Positions 1 to 12,169 of a stretch of 64,000 nucleotides of DNA are shown piece after piece. The stretch lies in NCBI RefSeq assembly GCF_041248615.1, contig NZ_CP158426.1; one strand, 5' to 3'. The notes beneath the pieces are model-generated. The model was not told where the DNA came from. It did not search any database and worked only from the letters and a program-made list of their open reading frames with translations. The position numbers and the translations under genes are program-made. Numbering within the stretch: position 1 is the stretch's first letter; every line of letters begins with the position of its first letter. The DNA is from Escherichia coli (lineage in GTDB: Bacteria > Pseudomonadota > Gammaproteobacteria > Enterobacterales > Enterobacteriaceae).

Positions 1-134
1 TGCATGGCGTTGCCTCATAATCATGTAATGGGATAACAGTTTACGAACCCGTTATGGCTTTATATGTGATCTGAATCTCATTAATTATGCAACGCGTGAA
101 ACTTACATCAAAAATGCGCGACGCATCGCAAATT

Positions 135-1261
<1,127 letters not shown>

Positions 1262-1355
1262 TTAATTCGTAAAACGTGCTACCGATCACATTAAGAATTC
1301 TCAGCATAGTTGAATTTTAGGGACGTAACCTCGGGCGAGCGCCCAGTTCAGCACA

Positions 1356-2264
1356 CTAATTCTGCTGTAAAAAGTGCAGAAACTGACTTAAAGCATAAGA
1401 AGGCGTTTCGTTATTGCGCCAGAACACACCGACGCTGCCTTTCTGTTCTATCTTTGGCAGGTTGAGGATCACCAGTTGTCCCTGGCTGGCATAACGTTGC
1501 GCCAGGCGTAATGACAAAATAGAGATCATATCGCTGCTTTGTAACAGGTTGGTACTGACGTTCATCGACGCCGACTCAATCGTGTTTTCTGGCAGCATCA
1601 CGCCGTGGTCTACCAGCGCATTATCAATACTGATGCGAATGGGGGTACCTGTCGGCCAGACTATCCACCGCCAGTTAGCAAGATCATTCCAACTGAGGGT
1701 GGCGTATTTCGCCAGTGGATGCTCAGCACGGGCGACAAAACACACCGGCTCGGTGTAGAGCACCTTATAATTCAGTGGCAGCTGCAAGGCGCGACCGCCA
1801 ATTCGCCCAACGACCACGTCGACAGAACCTGCCAACAGATCTTGCAGCAATGGGGTCATAACCTTCTCTTCAATATTCAGGTGTAGAGTTGGCATCTCCT
1901 TGAGCAAATGCAAAATCGCCTGGGATACGCAGTCAGTGGCGACGGGAGAACAGCCAATTTTCAGACTGCCGACCAGCCCACCTTGTTTAAAACGGGCCAG
2001 TTCATGTTGCGAGCGCTCCATGTCATTGATTAACCGCTGGGCATGTTGCAATAACAATCTACCGCCTTCGGTAGGGCGTAACCCTTTGCTGTGCCGCTCA
2101 AAGAGTGTGAGGCCGATCTCATCTTCGAGTTGTGACAACCATTTCGACAGCGCAGGCTGGGTGATATTCATCATCCGCGCGACATGGGTCAGATTGCCCT
2201 GTTCACCCAGCGCCACCAGCATTTGCAGGTGATGAAGCTTTAGTTTCTGCGCCCAGTTTGCCAT
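1356..2264 (-). CDS. mhbR: LysR-family transcriptional regulator, divergent from the catabolic operon (MhbR-like)
   Basis: N-terminal HTH (LKLHHLQMLVALGEQGNLTHVARMMNITQPALSKWL) followed by a LysR substrate-binding domain; divergent to the transporter gene; start set at Met17 of the ORF. Confidence 0.75.
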   Translation of the reverse strand: MANWAQKLKLHHLQMLVALGEQGNLTHVARMMNITQPALSKWLSQLEDEIGLTLFERHSKGLRPTEGGRLLLQHAQRLINDMERSQHELARFKQGGLVGSLKIGCSPVATDCVSQAILHLLKEMPTLHLNIEEKVMTPLLQDLLAGSVDVVVGRIGGRALQLPLNYKVLYTEPVCFVARAEHPLAKYATLSWNDLANWRWIVWPTGTPIRISIDNALVDHGVMLPENTIESASMNVSTNLLQSSDMISILSLRLAQRYASQGQLVILNLPKIEQKGSVGVFWRNNETPSYALSQFLHFLQQN

Positions 2265-2390
2265 TTGCCATAACCTCCAGGTTATCTCTCTGCCCGAAAT
2301 GCCATTGTACATTTCATCTCTTTAATCACAATATCGCAACATACATAAAACAAAAGAAACATCTACCTTACCTGCACTGAGGCATTTACT

Positions 2391-3749
2391 ATGACTCAAC
2401 GACGTGATTTACAAGCACTGATCGATGCTGCTCCGGTCGGCAAGATGCAGTGGCGCGTTATCATCTGCTGTTTTCTGGTGGTAATGCTCGATGGTTTAGA
2501 CACCGCGGCTATCGGCTTTATCGCCCCTGATATTCGCACTCACTGGCAACTCACCGCAGGCGATCTCGCCCCGCTTTTTGGCGCGGGTCTGCTGGGGTTA
2601 ACCGCAGGCGCACTGCTTTGTGGTCCGTTGTCCGATCGCTTTGGCCGCAAACGGGTGATTGAGCTGTGCGTCTTTTTGTTTGGCGCGTTAAGCCTCGCCT
2701 CGGCTTTCTCACCGGATCTGCAAACGCTGGTATTCCTGCGTTTCCTCACCGGCCTTGGGCTGGGTGGCGCGATGCCAAACACAATTACCATGACCTCGGA
2801 ATATCTGCCTGCCCGCCGCCGCGGCGCGCTGGTGACGCTGATGTTTTGCGGCTTTACCCTGGGTTCGGCGTTTGGCGGGATTGTCAGCGCGCAGCTGGTG
2901 CCGGTGATTGGCTGGCACGGGATCCTGGTGTTGGGTGGCGTATTACCGCTGATGCTGTTTGTTGCACTGCTGGTGGTTCTGCCGGAATCGCCACGCTGGC
3001 AAGTGCGCCGCCAGCTACCCCGGGCGGTGATTGCGAAAACCGTCAGCGCCATCACCCGCGAGCGTTATGTCGATACCCACTTTTATCTCATTGAATCAGC
3101 CTCCGTTACAAAAGGCAGCATTCGTCAACTGTTTATGGGGCGTCAGTTACCCATCACGTTGATGCTGTGGGTGGTGTTCTTTATGAGCTTGCTGATTATT
3201 TACCTGCTCTCAAGCTGGATGCCAACGCTGCTCAACCATCGCGGCATCGACCTGCAACATGCCTCCTGGGTTACCGCCGCGTTCCAGATTGGCGGTACGT
3301 TGGGCGCGCTGGCGCTGGGCGTGCTGATGGATAAGTTCAATCCTTTCCGCGTACTGGCGCTGAGCTATGCCATAGGCGCTGTATGCATCGTGATGATTGG
3401 CTTAAGCCAGGACGGATTATGGCTAATGGCGCTGGCGATTTTCGGCACCGGCATTGGCATCAGCGGATCGCAGGTGGGGCTGAATGCGCTGACCGCAACA
3501 CTTTATCCAACACAAAGTCGCGCCACGGGCGTGAGCTGGTCAAACGCCGTGGGCCGCTGCGGCGCGATTGTTGGCTCGCTGTCTGGCGGCGTGATGATGG
3601 CGATGAATTTCTCTTTCGACACCCTGTTTTTCATTATCGCTGTGCCCGCGGCGATCAGTGCGGTGATGTTAACCCTGCTGATCACCGTGGTTCGCCAGTC
3701 GACCTCTGTCCCTGACTCACTGCCTCACGCAGGTGTTGTGAACGAATAA
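2391..3749 (+). CDS. mhbT: MFS aromatic-acid transporter (3-hydroxybenzoate/gentisate type)
   Basis: 452 aa, about 12 TM segments, MFS signature motifs (GRKR after TM2); first gene of the catabolic operon. Confidence 0.8.
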   Translation: MTQRRDLQALIDAAPVGKMQWRVIICCFLVVMLDGLDTAAIGFIAPDIRTHWQLTAGDLAPLFGAGLLGLTAGALLCGPLSDRFGRKRVIELCVFLFGALSLASAFSPDLQTLVFLRFLTGLGLGGAMPNTITMTSEYLPARRRGALVTLMFCGFTLGSAFGGIVSAQLVPVIGWHGILVLGGVLPLMLFVALLVVLPESPRWQVRRQLPRAVIAKTVSAITRERYVDTHFYLIESASVTKGSIRQLFMGRQLPITLMLWVVFFMSLLIIYLLSSWMPTLLNHRGIDLQHASWVTAAFQIGGTLGALALGVLMDKFNPFRVLALSYAIGAVCIVMIGLSQDGLWLMALAIFGTGIGISGSQVGLNALTATLYPTQSRATGVSWSNAVGRCGAIVGSLSGGVMMAMNFSFDTLFFIIAVPAAISAVMLTLLITVVRQSTSVPDSLPHAGVVNE

Positions 3750-3760
3750 GGAGCATCCCA

Positions 3761-4789
3761 ATGACTGATAACAATCAAAATAGCCGCGAGCAATTTTATC
3801 AGCATATTTCCGGGCAAAACCTGACCCCGCTGTGGGAGTCACTGCACCATCTGGTGCCAAAAACGCCCAACGCTAACTGTGCGCCAGCGTACTGGAATTA
3901 TCAGGAGATCCGCCCGCTGCTGCTGGAGAGCGGCAGCCTGATTGGCGCGAAAGAAGCCGTGCGCCGCGTGCTGGTGCTGGAAAACCCGGCGCTGCGCGGG
4001 CAGTCTTCCATCACCGCGACTTTATATGCCGGTTTGCAACTGATCATGCCGGGCGAAGTGGCACCGAGTCATCGCCATAACCAGTCGGCGCTGCGTTTTA
4101 TTGTTGAAGGTAAAGGGGCATTCACCGCCGTTGATGGCGAACGCACGCCAATGAATGAGGGCGATTTTATCCTGACTCCGCAGTGGCGCTGGCACGATCA
4201 CGGTAACCCTGGCGACGAACCGGTTATCTGGCTCGATGGGCTGGATCTGCCATTAGTGAACACTCTGGGCTGCGGTTTTGCCGAAGATTACCCGGAGGAG
4301 CAACAACCAGTAACGCGTAAAGAGGGCGATTACCTGCCGCGTTACGCTGCCAATATGTTGCCGCTGCGCCATCAGACCGGGAACTCCTCGCCCATCTTTA
4401 ACTACCGTTATGACCGTAGCCGCGAAGTGCTACACGATTTAACCCGCCTGGGCGATGCCGATGAGTGGGATGGCTACAAAATGCGCTACGTCAACCCGGT
4501 CACCGGTGGCTATCCGATGCCGTCGATGGGCGCTTTCCTGCAACTGCTGCCGAAAGGGTTTGCCTCACGCGTGGCGCGTACCACTGACAGCACCATCTAC
4601 CATGTAGTGGAAGGTAGCGGGCAGGTCACTATCGGCAATGAAACCTTCAGCTTTAGTGCAAAAGATATCTTCGTGGTGCCGACCTGGCACGGCGTGTCGT
4701 TCCAGACCACGCAAGATACCGTTTTATTTAGTTTTTCGGACAGACCGGTACAAGAAGCCCTGGGGCTGTTCCGCGAAGCGCGTTATTAA
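3761..4789 (+). CDS. mhbD: gentisate 1,2-dioxygenase (bicupin)
   Basis: 342 aa; cupin metal-binding His motifs ([11 protein letters not shown]...WHDHGN); operon context with fumarylpyruvate hydrolase and maleylpyruvate isomerase. Confidence 0.85.
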   Translation: MTDNNQNSREQFYQHISGQNLTPLWESLHHLVPKTPNANCAPAYWNYQEIRPLLLESGSLIGAKEAVRRVLVLENPALRGQSSITATLYAGLQLIMPGEVAPSHRHNQSALRFIVEGKGAFTAVDGERTPMNEGDFILTPQWRWHDHGNPGDEPVIWLDGLDLPLVNTLGCGFAEDYPEEQQPVTRKEGDYLPRYAANMLPLRHQTGNSSPIFNYRYDRSREVLHDLTRLGDADEWDGYKMRYVNPVTGGYPMPSMGAFLQLLPKGFASRVARTTDSTIYHVVEGSGQVTIGNETFSFSAKDIFVVPTWHGVSFQTTQDTVLFSFSDRPVQEALGLFREARY

Positions 4790-4804
4790 TTTGGGAGAGA
4801 GAAA

Positions 4805-5506
4805 ATGACTCAATACGTATTCGAACCACAAGCGCCCGTTACCGTACCGGTTGTTGGCAGTGATGAACAATTCCCCGTACGCCGCGTTTACTGCGTCGGA
4901 CGTAACTATGCCGCCCACGCCCGCGAAATGGGCTTTGATCCGGATCGTGAACCGCCATTCTTCTTCTGCAAACCGGCGGATGCCGTTGTTCCGGTTGCCG
5001 CTGGCGAAACGCTGGCGCTGCCGTATCCGGCGCAGACCGATAACTACCATTATGAAATTGAACTGGTGGTGGCGATTGGTAAAAAAGGCAGTGATATCCC
5101 GCTGGAAAACGCCCATGAATATGTCTGGGGTTATGCCACGGGTCTTGATATGACTCGCCGTGACCGTCAAATGGAAATGCGCCAGATGGGCCGCCCGTGG
5201 GAAATCGGCAAAGCGTTCGATCTCTCGGCCCCCATCGCGCCGCTGCACAAAGCCAGCGAAACTGGCGGTATTGATAACGCACCTATCTGGTTACAGGTTA
5301 ACGGCGAAGATCATCAGCGCAGCGATATTCGTCATCTCATCTGGTCAGTGAATGAAACCATCAGCTACCTGTCAGGCTTCTTTGAACTGCAACCGGGCGA
5401 TCTAATCTTTACCGGTACGCCGGAAGGGGTTGGCCCAGTAGTCAAAGGTGATGTGATCACGGGCAACGTCGAGGGCTTAACGCCTATCGCGGTGAAGATT
5501 GTCTGA
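4805..5506 (+). CDS. mhbH: fumarylpyruvate hydrolase (FAH family)
   Basis: 233 aa FAH-fold protein ([16 protein letters not shown]...GTPEGVG); position in gentisate operon. Confidence 0.8.
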   Translation: MTQYVFEPQAPVTVPVVGSDEQFPVRRVYCVGRNYAAHAREMGFDPDREPPFFFCKPADAVVPVAAGETLALPYPAQTDNYHYEIELVVAIGKKGSDIPLENAHEYVWGYATGLDMTRRDRQMEMRQMGRPWEIGKAFDLSAPIAPLHKASETGGIDNAPIWLQVNGEDHQRSDIRHLIWSVNETISYLSGFFELQPGDLIFTGTPEGVGPVVKGDVITGNVEGLTPIAVKIV

Positions 5507-5513
5507 GGTGATG

Positions 5514-6158
5514 ATGAAGCTGTACAGTTTTTTTAATAGTTCAGCGTCTTACCGGGTGCGCATTGCGCTGGCGCTGAAGGGTATCGATTACCAGACCGAA
5601 GGGGTGAATATCCGCATTGGTCAGCAAAACGAACTGGCCTACCGGCGGATGAATCCGGTCGGGCTGGTGCCGACGCTGCTGACCGACGAGGGCGAATCAC
5701 TCGGACAATCGCTGGCGATTATTGACTGGCTGGAGAGTCACTACCCGCAAGTTCCGCTGATGCCGCAGGAAGAACCGGCCCGCAACAAGGTGCTGGAAAT
5801 TGTCTATGCCATCGCCTGCGATATTCATCCATTGAATAACCTACGCGTGCTGCGCTACCTGACCGAAGAGCTGAACGTCAGTGAAGAAGATAAAAAACGC
5901 TGGTATGCGCACTGGATCCAGCAAGGGTTAAGCGCGGTGGAACAGCTACTGCGCCAGAGCCAGTCGGGGCAATTTTGTGTGGGCGAGACGCCGACGCTGG
6001 CAGATTGCTGCCTTGTTCCACAGTGGGCGAACGCGCTACGTATGAACTGCGATCTGAGCGGGTATCCGCGCTGCAAAGCGGTGTACGACGCCTGCACGCA
6101 GCTGCCAGCGTTCATTGCCGCAGCGCCAGAAAATCAACAAGATAAAATTTCAGCCTGA
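5514..6158 (+). CDS. mhbI: maleylpyruvate isomerase (glutathione S-transferase zeta-like)
   Basis: GST N-terminal thioredoxin-like fold (MKLYSFFNSSASYRVRIALALKGIDY); ORF begins at 5499 and overlaps the preceding gene, so start set at MKLYSF. Confidence 0.8.
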   Translation: MKLYSFFNSSASYRVRIALALKGIDYQTEGVNIRIGQQNELAYRRMNPVGLVPTLLTDEGESLGQSLAIIDWLESHYPQVPLMPQEEPARNKVLEIVYAIACDIHPLNNLRVLRYLTEELNVSEEDKKRWYAHWIQQGLSAVEQLLRQSQSGQFCVGETPTLADCCLVPQWANALRMNCDLSGYPRCKAVYDACTQLPAFIAAAPENQQDKISA

Positions 6159-6172
6159 CCAGGAGAACCATA

Positions 6173-7366
6173 ATGACTAAAGTGACACGCGCAGTAATTG
6201 TGGGAGGCGGGATCGGCGGTGCGGCAACTGCGTTGTCACTGGCCCGCCAGGGGATCAAAGTGGTGCTGCTGGAAAAGGCGCATGAGATCGGTGAGATTGG
6301 CGCAGGTATCCAGTTGGGGCCAAATGCGTTTTCGGCGTTGGATAGCCTCGGCGTCGGCGAAATCGCCCGCCAGCGCGCGGTATTCACCGATCACATCACC
6401 ATGATGGATGCGGTAAACGCCGAAGAAGTGGTGCGCATTGAAACCGGTCAGGCCTTTCGCGATCATTTCGGCGGCCCTTACGCGGTGATCCACCGGGTTG
6501 ATATTCACGCCTCGGTGTGGGAAGCGGTACTGACGCATCCGGACGTGGAATATCACACCTCCACCAACGTCGTGGATATTCGCGAGACAGAAGACGATGT
6601 CACCGTTTTCGACGATCGCGGCAATAGTTGGATCGGCGATATTCTGATTGGCTGTGACGGCGTGAAGTCAGTGGTGCGCCAGAGCTTATTGGGCGATGCG
6701 CCGCGTGTCACCGGGCATGTGGTCTACCGTGCGGTTATCGATTGTGCCGATATGCCGGAAGATTTGCGCATTAACGCACCAGTATTGTGGGCGGGGCCGT
6801 GCTGTCACTTGGTGCATTACCCTTTACGCGGCGGCAAGCAGTATAACCTGGTGGTGACATTCCACAGCCGCCAGCAGGAAGAGTGGGGCGTGAAGGATGG
6901 CAGTAAAGAGGAAGTGCTCTCTTACTTTGAAGGGATTCACCCCCGTCCGCGCCAGATGCTGGATAAACCGACCTCCTGGCGACGCTGGTCAACCGCCGAC
7001 CGTGAACCGGTAGCGAAGTGGGGAACGAAGCGCATTACGCTGGTGGGCGATGCGGCCCATCCGGTGGCGCAGTATATGGCGCAGGGTGCCTGTATGGCGC
7101 TGGAAGACGCGGTAACACTGGGTAAGGCGCTGGCGCAGTGTGAGGGTGATGCGGCACAAGCCTTTGCGCTGTATGAGTCGGTACGTATTCCGCGCACCGC
7201 GCGCATCGTCTGGTCGACCCGTGAAATGGGGCGGGTTTATCATGCCGCAGGAGTAGAGCGCCAGGTACGTAACCTGCTGTGGAAAGGGAAATCGCAGGCA
7301 GAGTTTTACCGCGGCATGGAGTGGCTGTACGGCTGGAAAGAAGATAACTGTTTGCAACCACGCTGA
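6173..7366 (+). CDS. mhbM: 3-hydroxybenzoate 6-hydroxylase (FAD-dependent monooxygenase)
   Basis: 397 aa; FAD-binding GxGxxG ([14 protein letters not shown]) and DG / GD flavoprotein monooxygenase motifs (GCDGVKS, GDAAH). Confidence 0.85.
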   Translation: MTKVTRAVIVGGGIGGAATALSLARQGIKVVLLEKAHEIGEIGAGIQLGPNAFSALDSLGVGEIARQRAVFTDHITMMDAVNAEEVVRIETGQAFRDHFGGPYAVIHRVDIHASVWEAVLTHPDVEYHTSTNVVDIRETEDDVTVFDDRGNSWIGDILIGCDGVKSVVRQSLLGDAPRVTGHVVYRAVIDCADMPEDLRINAPVLWAGPCCHLVHYPLRGGKQYNLVVTFHSRQQEEWGVKDGSKEEVLSYFEGIHPRPRQMLDKPTSWRRWSTADREPVAKWGTKRITLVGDAAHPVAQYMAQGACMALEDAVTLGKALAQCEGDAAQAFALYESVRIPRTARIVWSTREMGRVYHAAGVERQVRNLLWKGKSQAEFYRGMEWLYGWKEDNCLQPR

Positions 7367-7387
7367 GTACTTTAATCCGTTGACCAT

Positions 7388-7415
7388 AGGCGCTAACATA
7401 GCGCCTCATTTTTTT
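7388..7415 (+). terminator. rho-independent terminator after mhbM
   Basis: hairpin AGGCGCT-aacat-AGCGCCT followed by a T7 tract, between the mhbM stop and the dusC start. Confidence 0.6.
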
Positions 7416-7427
7416 GCGGGTGATGAT

Positions 7428-8375
7428 ATGCGTGTGTTACTGGCACCGATGGAGGGAGTGCTTGACTCTCTGGTGCGTGAATTGCTGACCGAAGTTAACG
7501 ACTACGATCTGTGCATCACCGAGTTTGTCCGCGTGGTGGATCAACTGCTGCCGTTAAAAGTCTTTCATCGCATTTGCCCTGAGCTACAAAACGCCAGCCG
7601 GACACCATCTGGTACGCTGGTGCGCGTGCAGTTGTTAGGTCAGTTCCCACAATGGCTGGCAGAGAACGCCGCCCGTGCGGTGGAGTTAGGTTCCTGGGGC
7701 GTGGATCTCAATTGCGGCTGCCCGTCGAAAACGGTCAACGGTAGCGGTGGTGGGGCGACGTTACTCAAAGATCCTGAACTCATCTACCAGGGTGCAAAAG
7801 CGATGCGTGAAGCTGTACCGGCGCATTTGCCCGTCAGCGTGAAAGTGCGTCTGGGCTGGGACAGCGGTGAGAAGAAATTTGAAATCGCCGATGCGGTTCA
7901 ACAGGCTGGTGCTACGGAGCTGGTGGTGCATGGACGGACAAAAGAGCAGGGTTACCGCGCGGAGCATATTGACTGGCAGGCGATTGGCGAGATTCGCCAG
8001 CGGCTGAATATTCCGGTGATTGCCAACGGTGAAATCTGGGACTGGCAGAGTGCGCAACAATGTATGGCGATCAGCGGCTGCGACGCAGTGATGATTGGTC
8101 GCGGGGCGCTCAATATTCCCAACCTGAGCCGGGTGGTAAAATATAACGAACCGCGAATGCCGTGGCCGGAGGTGGTTGCTTTGCTGCAAAAATATACCCG
8201 TCTGGAAAAGCAGGGCGATACCGGGTTATATCACGTTGCGCGGATTAAACAGTGGTTGAGTTATTTGCGTAAAGAATACGATGAAGCAACGGAATTATTT
8301 CAGCATGTTCGGGTGTTGAATAATTCCCCTGATATTGCAAGGGCTATTCAGGCAATTGATATCGAGAAACTCTAA
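7428..8375 (+). CDS. dusC: tRNA-dihydrouridine(16) synthase C
   Basis: ORF 7380-8375; start set at [13 protein letters not shown] giving 315 aa; Dus TIM-barrel motifs; matches recalled DusC. Confidence 0.9.
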   Translation: MRVLLAPMEGVLDSLVRELLTEVNDYDLCITEFVRVVDQLLPLKVFHRICPELQNASRTPSGTLVRVQLLGQFPQWLAENAARAVELGSWGVDLNCGCPSKTVNGSGGGATLLKDPELIYQGAKAMREAVPAHLPVSVKVRLGWDSGEKKFEIADAVQQAGATELVVHGRTKEQGYRAEHIDWQAIGEIRQRLNIPVIANGEIWDWQSAQQCMAISGCDAVMIGRGALNIPNLSRVVKYNEPRMPWPEVVALLQKYTRLEKQGDTGLYHVARIKQWLSYLRKEYDEATELFQHVRVLNNSPDIARAIQAIDIEKL

Positions 8376-8416
8376 AAAACCATAGTGATGTTTTTTGACA
8401 ATGTGTTAGCTCTTTA

Positions 8417-8677
8417 TCAATAGGCCGCACGGTTGTTTGGTGGCGTCAAAATTGCCGAGGCGTTCCCTGAAGGCCGGGGCAGCCCACATGGATGTGGGCT
8501 GAGGGCGCGTTTTACAGGGATGTTACCTCGCGCCCGACCCGGTAGCCGTAAGGGATAAGCCGAGGGCACCGCGCAGCGGCGATTTTGTTCGCCAGAGCCC
8601 GGGGGTGCAGGGGGCGGCGGCGATTGGCCGCCCCCTGCGCGCTCCTTGCGCCAGTGATTATATGAAGCAATACACAT
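8417..8677. repeat. GC-rich palindromic intergenic element (not classic REP consensus)
   Basis: about 260 bp of very high GC with several perfect hairpins (CAGCCCACAT/ATGTGGGCTG; GCAGGGGGCGGC/GCCGCCCCCTGC); the 86-aa ORF on the minus strand is low-complexity Pro/Gly/Arg-rich and is probably not coding. Confidence 0.45.
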
Positions 8678-8747
8678 GACAGGAGCGCAACAGGATGAGA
8701 GACTGAAATATTCTCGTTATTTTCGGACCTGATGACATTAATTAATT

Positions 8748-8831
8748 TTAAAATATCATCTTAAATACGCCAGTCACCACCAGTAGCCCAATCAGGAAAA
8801 TAATCAATACAGCCCAGAGTATAATTTTCAT
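8748..8831 (-). CDS. yohP: 27-aa small membrane protein
   Basis: manual translation of the minus strand gives MKIILWAVLIIFLIGLLVVTGVFKMIF, identical to recalled YohP; below the ORF-track size cutoff. Confidence 0.85.
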   Translation of the reverse strand: MKIILWAVLIIFLIGLLVVTGVFKMIF

Positions 8832-9054
8832 TGGCGTTCCTTTATTTGTGAGTGCTGAATAAGTATAGGAAAAAACGAAGCCCTTTGCCGTTATCCATAA
8901 ACGATTAAGATAAATCGGAAGATATCATTCACTTAGTGTATATTTTTCTGGATATGTCGTTTTATTGCTACTGATGTATTGCCACGCGAAACTAAAAAAT
9001 ATATCGCAACACACGGTAATCTCCGCGCACCTTTTCTTACCTGATTATTCCCCC

Positions 9055-10491
9055 ATGAATCGTGATTCCTTTTATCCCGCCATCGCCTGTTTTCCGCTGT
9101 TACTGATGCTGGCCGGGTGTGCGCCTATGCATGAAACCCGCCAGGCGTTAAGCCAGCAAACGCCCGCTGCACAAGTTGACACCGCATTACCCACGGCGCT
9201 GAAAAATGGTTGGCCAGACAGCCAATGGTGGCTGGAGTATCACGATAATCAACTCACTTCCTTAATTAACAATGCACTACAGAACGCACCGGATATGCAG
9301 GTGGCTGAACAGCGCATTCAGCTAGCTGAAGCCCAGGCGAAGGCAATTGCTACTCAGGATGGTCCGCAGATCGACTTTTCTGCGGATATGGAGCGGCAAA
9401 AAATGTCGGCAGAAGGCTTAATGGGGCCGTTTGCTCTGAACGATCCGGCCGCAGGTACGACCGGTCCGTGGTACACCAACGGTACTTTTGGCTTAACGGT
9501 GGGCTGGCATCTCGATATCTGGGGAAAGAATCGGGCGGAGGTAACTGCTCGCCTGGGTACGGTTAAAGCACGAGCGGCGGAACGCGAGCAAACCCGCCAA
9601 TTGCTGGCTGGCAGCGTAGCCCGCCTGTACTGGGAGTGGCAGACCCAGGCGGCGTTAAACACGGTCTTGCAGCAAATCGAAAAAGAGCAGAACACTATTA
9701 TCGCGACCGATCGCCAGCTATATCAGAACGGGATTACTTCTTCAGTTGAAGGTGTGGAAACCGATATTAATGCCAGCAAAACCCGGCAGCAGCTCGACGA
9801 TGTCGCGGGGAAAATGAAAATTATTGAGGCACGGTTAAGCGCACTTACAAATCACCAGACAAAGGCATTGAAGCTTAATCCGGTCGCGTTGCCGAAAGTG
9901 GCAAGCCAGCTTCCTGATGAACTGGGGTACTCCTTACTGGCGCGGCGGGCAGATTTGCAGGCGGCGCACTGGTACGTTGAGTCATCGTTAAGCACTATTG
10001 ATGCGGCAAAAGCGGCATTTTATCCTGACATCAACCTGATGGCCTTCCTGCAACAGGATGCGTTGCACTTAAGCGATCTGTTCCGTCATTCCGCGCAGCA
10101 AATGGGCGTTACGGCAGGCCTGACGCTACCCATTTTCGATAGTGGTCGTCTTAACGCCAACCTCGATATCGCAAAAGCCGAAAGCAACTTGTCTATCGCC
10201 AGCTACAACAAAGCGGTGGTTGAAGCGGTGAATGACGTGGCGCGGGCAGCCAGTCAGGTTCAGACACTGGCGGAGAAAAACCAGCATCAGGCGCAAATTG
10301 AGCGCGATGCCTTGCGTGTAGTAGGTCTTGCGCAGGCGCGCTTTAACGCGGGCATCATTGCGGGTTCCCGCGTCAGCGAAGCCAGAATCCCCGCGCTGCG
10401 TGAGCGGGCCAATGGCCTGTTATTGCAAGGGCAGTGGCTGGATGCCTCCATTCAACTCACTGGTGCGTTGGGCGGGGGTTACAAACGTTGA
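9055..10491 (+). CDS. mdtQ: outer-membrane efflux lipoprotein (OMF/NodT family)
   Basis: ORF 8965-10491; start set at MNRDSF..., giving a lipobox LLMLAGC and 478 aa; OMF coiled-coil / beta-barrel architecture; intact single ORF. Confidence 0.8.
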   Translation: MNRDSFYPAIACFPLLLMLAGCAPMHETRQALSQQTPAAQVDTALPTALKNGWPDSQWWLEYHDNQLTSLINNALQNAPDMQVAEQRIQLAEAQAKAIATQDGPQIDFSADMERQKMSAEGLMGPFALNDPAAGTTGPWYTNGTFGLTVGWHLDIWGKNRAEVTARLGTVKARAAEREQTRQLLAGSVARLYWEWQTQAALNTVLQQIEKEQNTIIATDRQLYQNGITSSVEGVETDINASKTRQQLDDVAGKMKIIEARLSALTNHQTKALKLNPVALPKVASQLPDELGYSLLARRADLQAAHWYVESSLSTIDAAKAAFYPDINLMAFLQQDALHLSDLFRHSAQQMGVTAGLTLPIFDSGRLNANLDIAKAESNLSIASYNKAVVEAVNDVARAASQVQTLAEKNQHQAQIERDALRVVGLAQARFNAGIIAGSRVSEARIPALRERANGLLLQGQWLDASIQLTGALGGGYKR

Positions 10492-10543
10492 TGATATGCG
10501 CCTTCTATACTTAACGTTTATTCAGCGTTATGTGGAGAACTCG

Positions 10544-11305
10544 ATGGCACAGGTCGCGATTATTACCGCCTCCGATTCGGGGATCGGCAAAGAGTGCGCG
10601 TTATTACTGGCGCAGCAGGGGTTTGATATTGGTATTACCTGGCACTCTGATGAAGAAGGGGCAAAAGATACCGCGCGTGAGGTGGTTAGCCACGGCGTAC
10701 GTGCGGAGATCGTGCAGCTGGATCTCGGCAATCTACCAGAAGGGGCACTGGCGCTGGAGAAACTCATTCAACGGCTGGGGCGTATTGATGTGCTGGTGAA
10801 TAATGCGGGCGCAATGACCAAAGCGCCGTTTCTTGATATGGCTTTCGATGAGTGGCGCAAGATTTTTACCGTTGATGTCGATGGTGCATTTTTATGCTCG
10901 CAAATTGCTGCCCGCCAGATGGTGAAACAAGGGCAGGGTGGTCGCATCATCAACATTACGTCGGTGCATGAACATACGCCGTTGCCGGATGCCAGCGCTT
11001 ACACAGCCGCTAAACATGCGCTCGGTGGGTTAACTAAAGCGATGGCGCTGGAGCTGGTCAGGCATAAGATTTTGGTGAACGCAGTCGCACCTGGGGCGAT
11101 CGCCACGCCAATGAATGGCATGGATGACGGGGATGTGAAGCCCGATGCGGAGCCTTCGATTCCCTTGCGGCGTTTTGGCGCAACGCATGAGATTGCCAGC
11201 CTGGTGGTGTGGCTTTGTTCGGAGGGCGCAAATTACACCACTGGGCAGTCGTTGATAGTGGATGGCGGCTTTATGCTGGCGAATCCGCAGTTCAACCCAG
11301 AATAG
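10544..11305 (+). CDS. yohF: short-chain dehydrogenase/reductase
   Basis: start set at MAQVAIITASDSGIGKE (Rossmann TGxxxGxG), 253 aa; catalytic YxxxK (YTAAK). Confidence 0.85.
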   Translation: MAQVAIITASDSGIGKECALLLAQQGFDIGITWHSDEEGAKDTAREVVSHGVRAEIVQLDLGNLPEGALALEKLIQRLGRIDVLVNNAGAMTKAPFLDMAFDEWRKIFTVDVDGAFLCSQIAARQMVKQGQGGRIINITSVHEHTPLPDASAYTAAKHALGGLTKAMALELVRHKILVNAVAPGAIATPMNGMDDGDVKPDAEPSIPLRRFGATHEIASLVVWLCSEGANYTTGQSLIVDGGFMLANPQFNPE

Positions 11306-11334
11306 CGCAGTGAGGTGCGTGGATATTTCAATGG

Positions 11335-11420
11335 GTTAGGCCAGATAAGACACCAGCGTCGCATCAGGCATGGAACACCCGGTGCCGGATGTGGCGTGAA
11401 TGCTTATCTGTGGCAACTGC
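11335..11420. repeat. pair of REP elements (BIME-like) between convergent yohF and yohD
   Basis: one copy is the reverse complement of TGCCTGATGCGACGCTGGTGTCTTATCTGGCC; a second REP-like copy GCCGGATGTGGCGTGAATGCTTATCTGTGGC in opposite orientation. Confidence 0.7.
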
Positions 11421-11421
11421 T

Positions 11422-12000
11422 TTACGCCTGATTATCCGGCTTTTTCTTCCCGCGTCGTTTCAGCCACCAGCGCACGCCTACCACCAGAACCACGACCAGA
11501 ATCAACCAGACCCAGTGTTTCAAATGCTGGTCGAGATTGTGCAACCACGGCGCAATCACCTGACCACCAGCGTAACCGATAGTTGTAAAAATCAACGCCC
11601 AGGCAAATGCGCCAAGGATATTCAGTGGCAGAAAGATTTTCGGCGGCAGCTGGCTGGCACCAATCAGCGTCGGGCCAATCACCCGAAAGCCATACATAAA
11701 ACGCGTACCAATGACAAACAGATACGGATGGCGTTGGATCAGTTTCTGCGCCCGCTCAATTTTATCCTGATGCTTAGAGAAACGGCGTAATAGCTTGCCG
11801 CCAAACCGCCGCCCGCACAGATAAAGCACCTGGTCGCCAATCATGCCGCCAAGCGCCACAGAAAGTACCACCAGCGGGAACTTTAATAGCCCCTGATGTG
11901 CTGCAACGCCTCCCAGCAAAGTCACGGTTTCACCTTCCGCCAGGCTACCGATCACCAGCGCGGCATAACCATATTGTGAGATGAGTGTATTGAGATCCAT
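11422..12000 (-). CDS. yohD: DedA-family inner membrane protein
   Basis: 192 aa, DedA/SNARE-associated hydrophobic profile; matches recalled YohD. Confidence 0.85.
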   Translation of the reverse strand: MDLNTLISQYGYAALVIGSLAEGETVTLLGGVAAHQGLLKFPLVVLSVALGGMIGDQVLYLCGRRFGGKLLRRFSKHQDKIERAQKLIQRHPYLFVIGTRFMYGFRVIGPTLIGASQLPPKIFLPLNILGAFAWALIFTTIGYAGGQVIAPWLHNLDQHLKHWVWLILVVVLVVGVRWWLKRRGKKKPDNQA

Positions 12001-12169
12001 AGGCCAGTCTGTCTCCCTTTAGTTGCCTGTAAGCATACACCCTGTGAATAGTTCACGCTGAAAAAGGACGTACATCAGACGGTGCAAATTACATGAGCGA
12101 ACAAAAAATAATCACAAGCTGACTTATACTTGAACTGTCAGGTTCATGAACTCACAACAAGGGGGCGGT

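Noticed and set aside
6989-7409. 136-aa and 124-aa minus-strand ORFs
   Set aside because: Both lie antisense within mhbM and the mhbM-dusC junction; GC-driven shadow ORFs.
8417-8677. 86-aa ORF (Pro/Gly/Arg-rich) as a protein-coding gene
   Set aside because: Composition is driven by the GC-rich palindromic DNA; no start context; treated as a repeat element instead.
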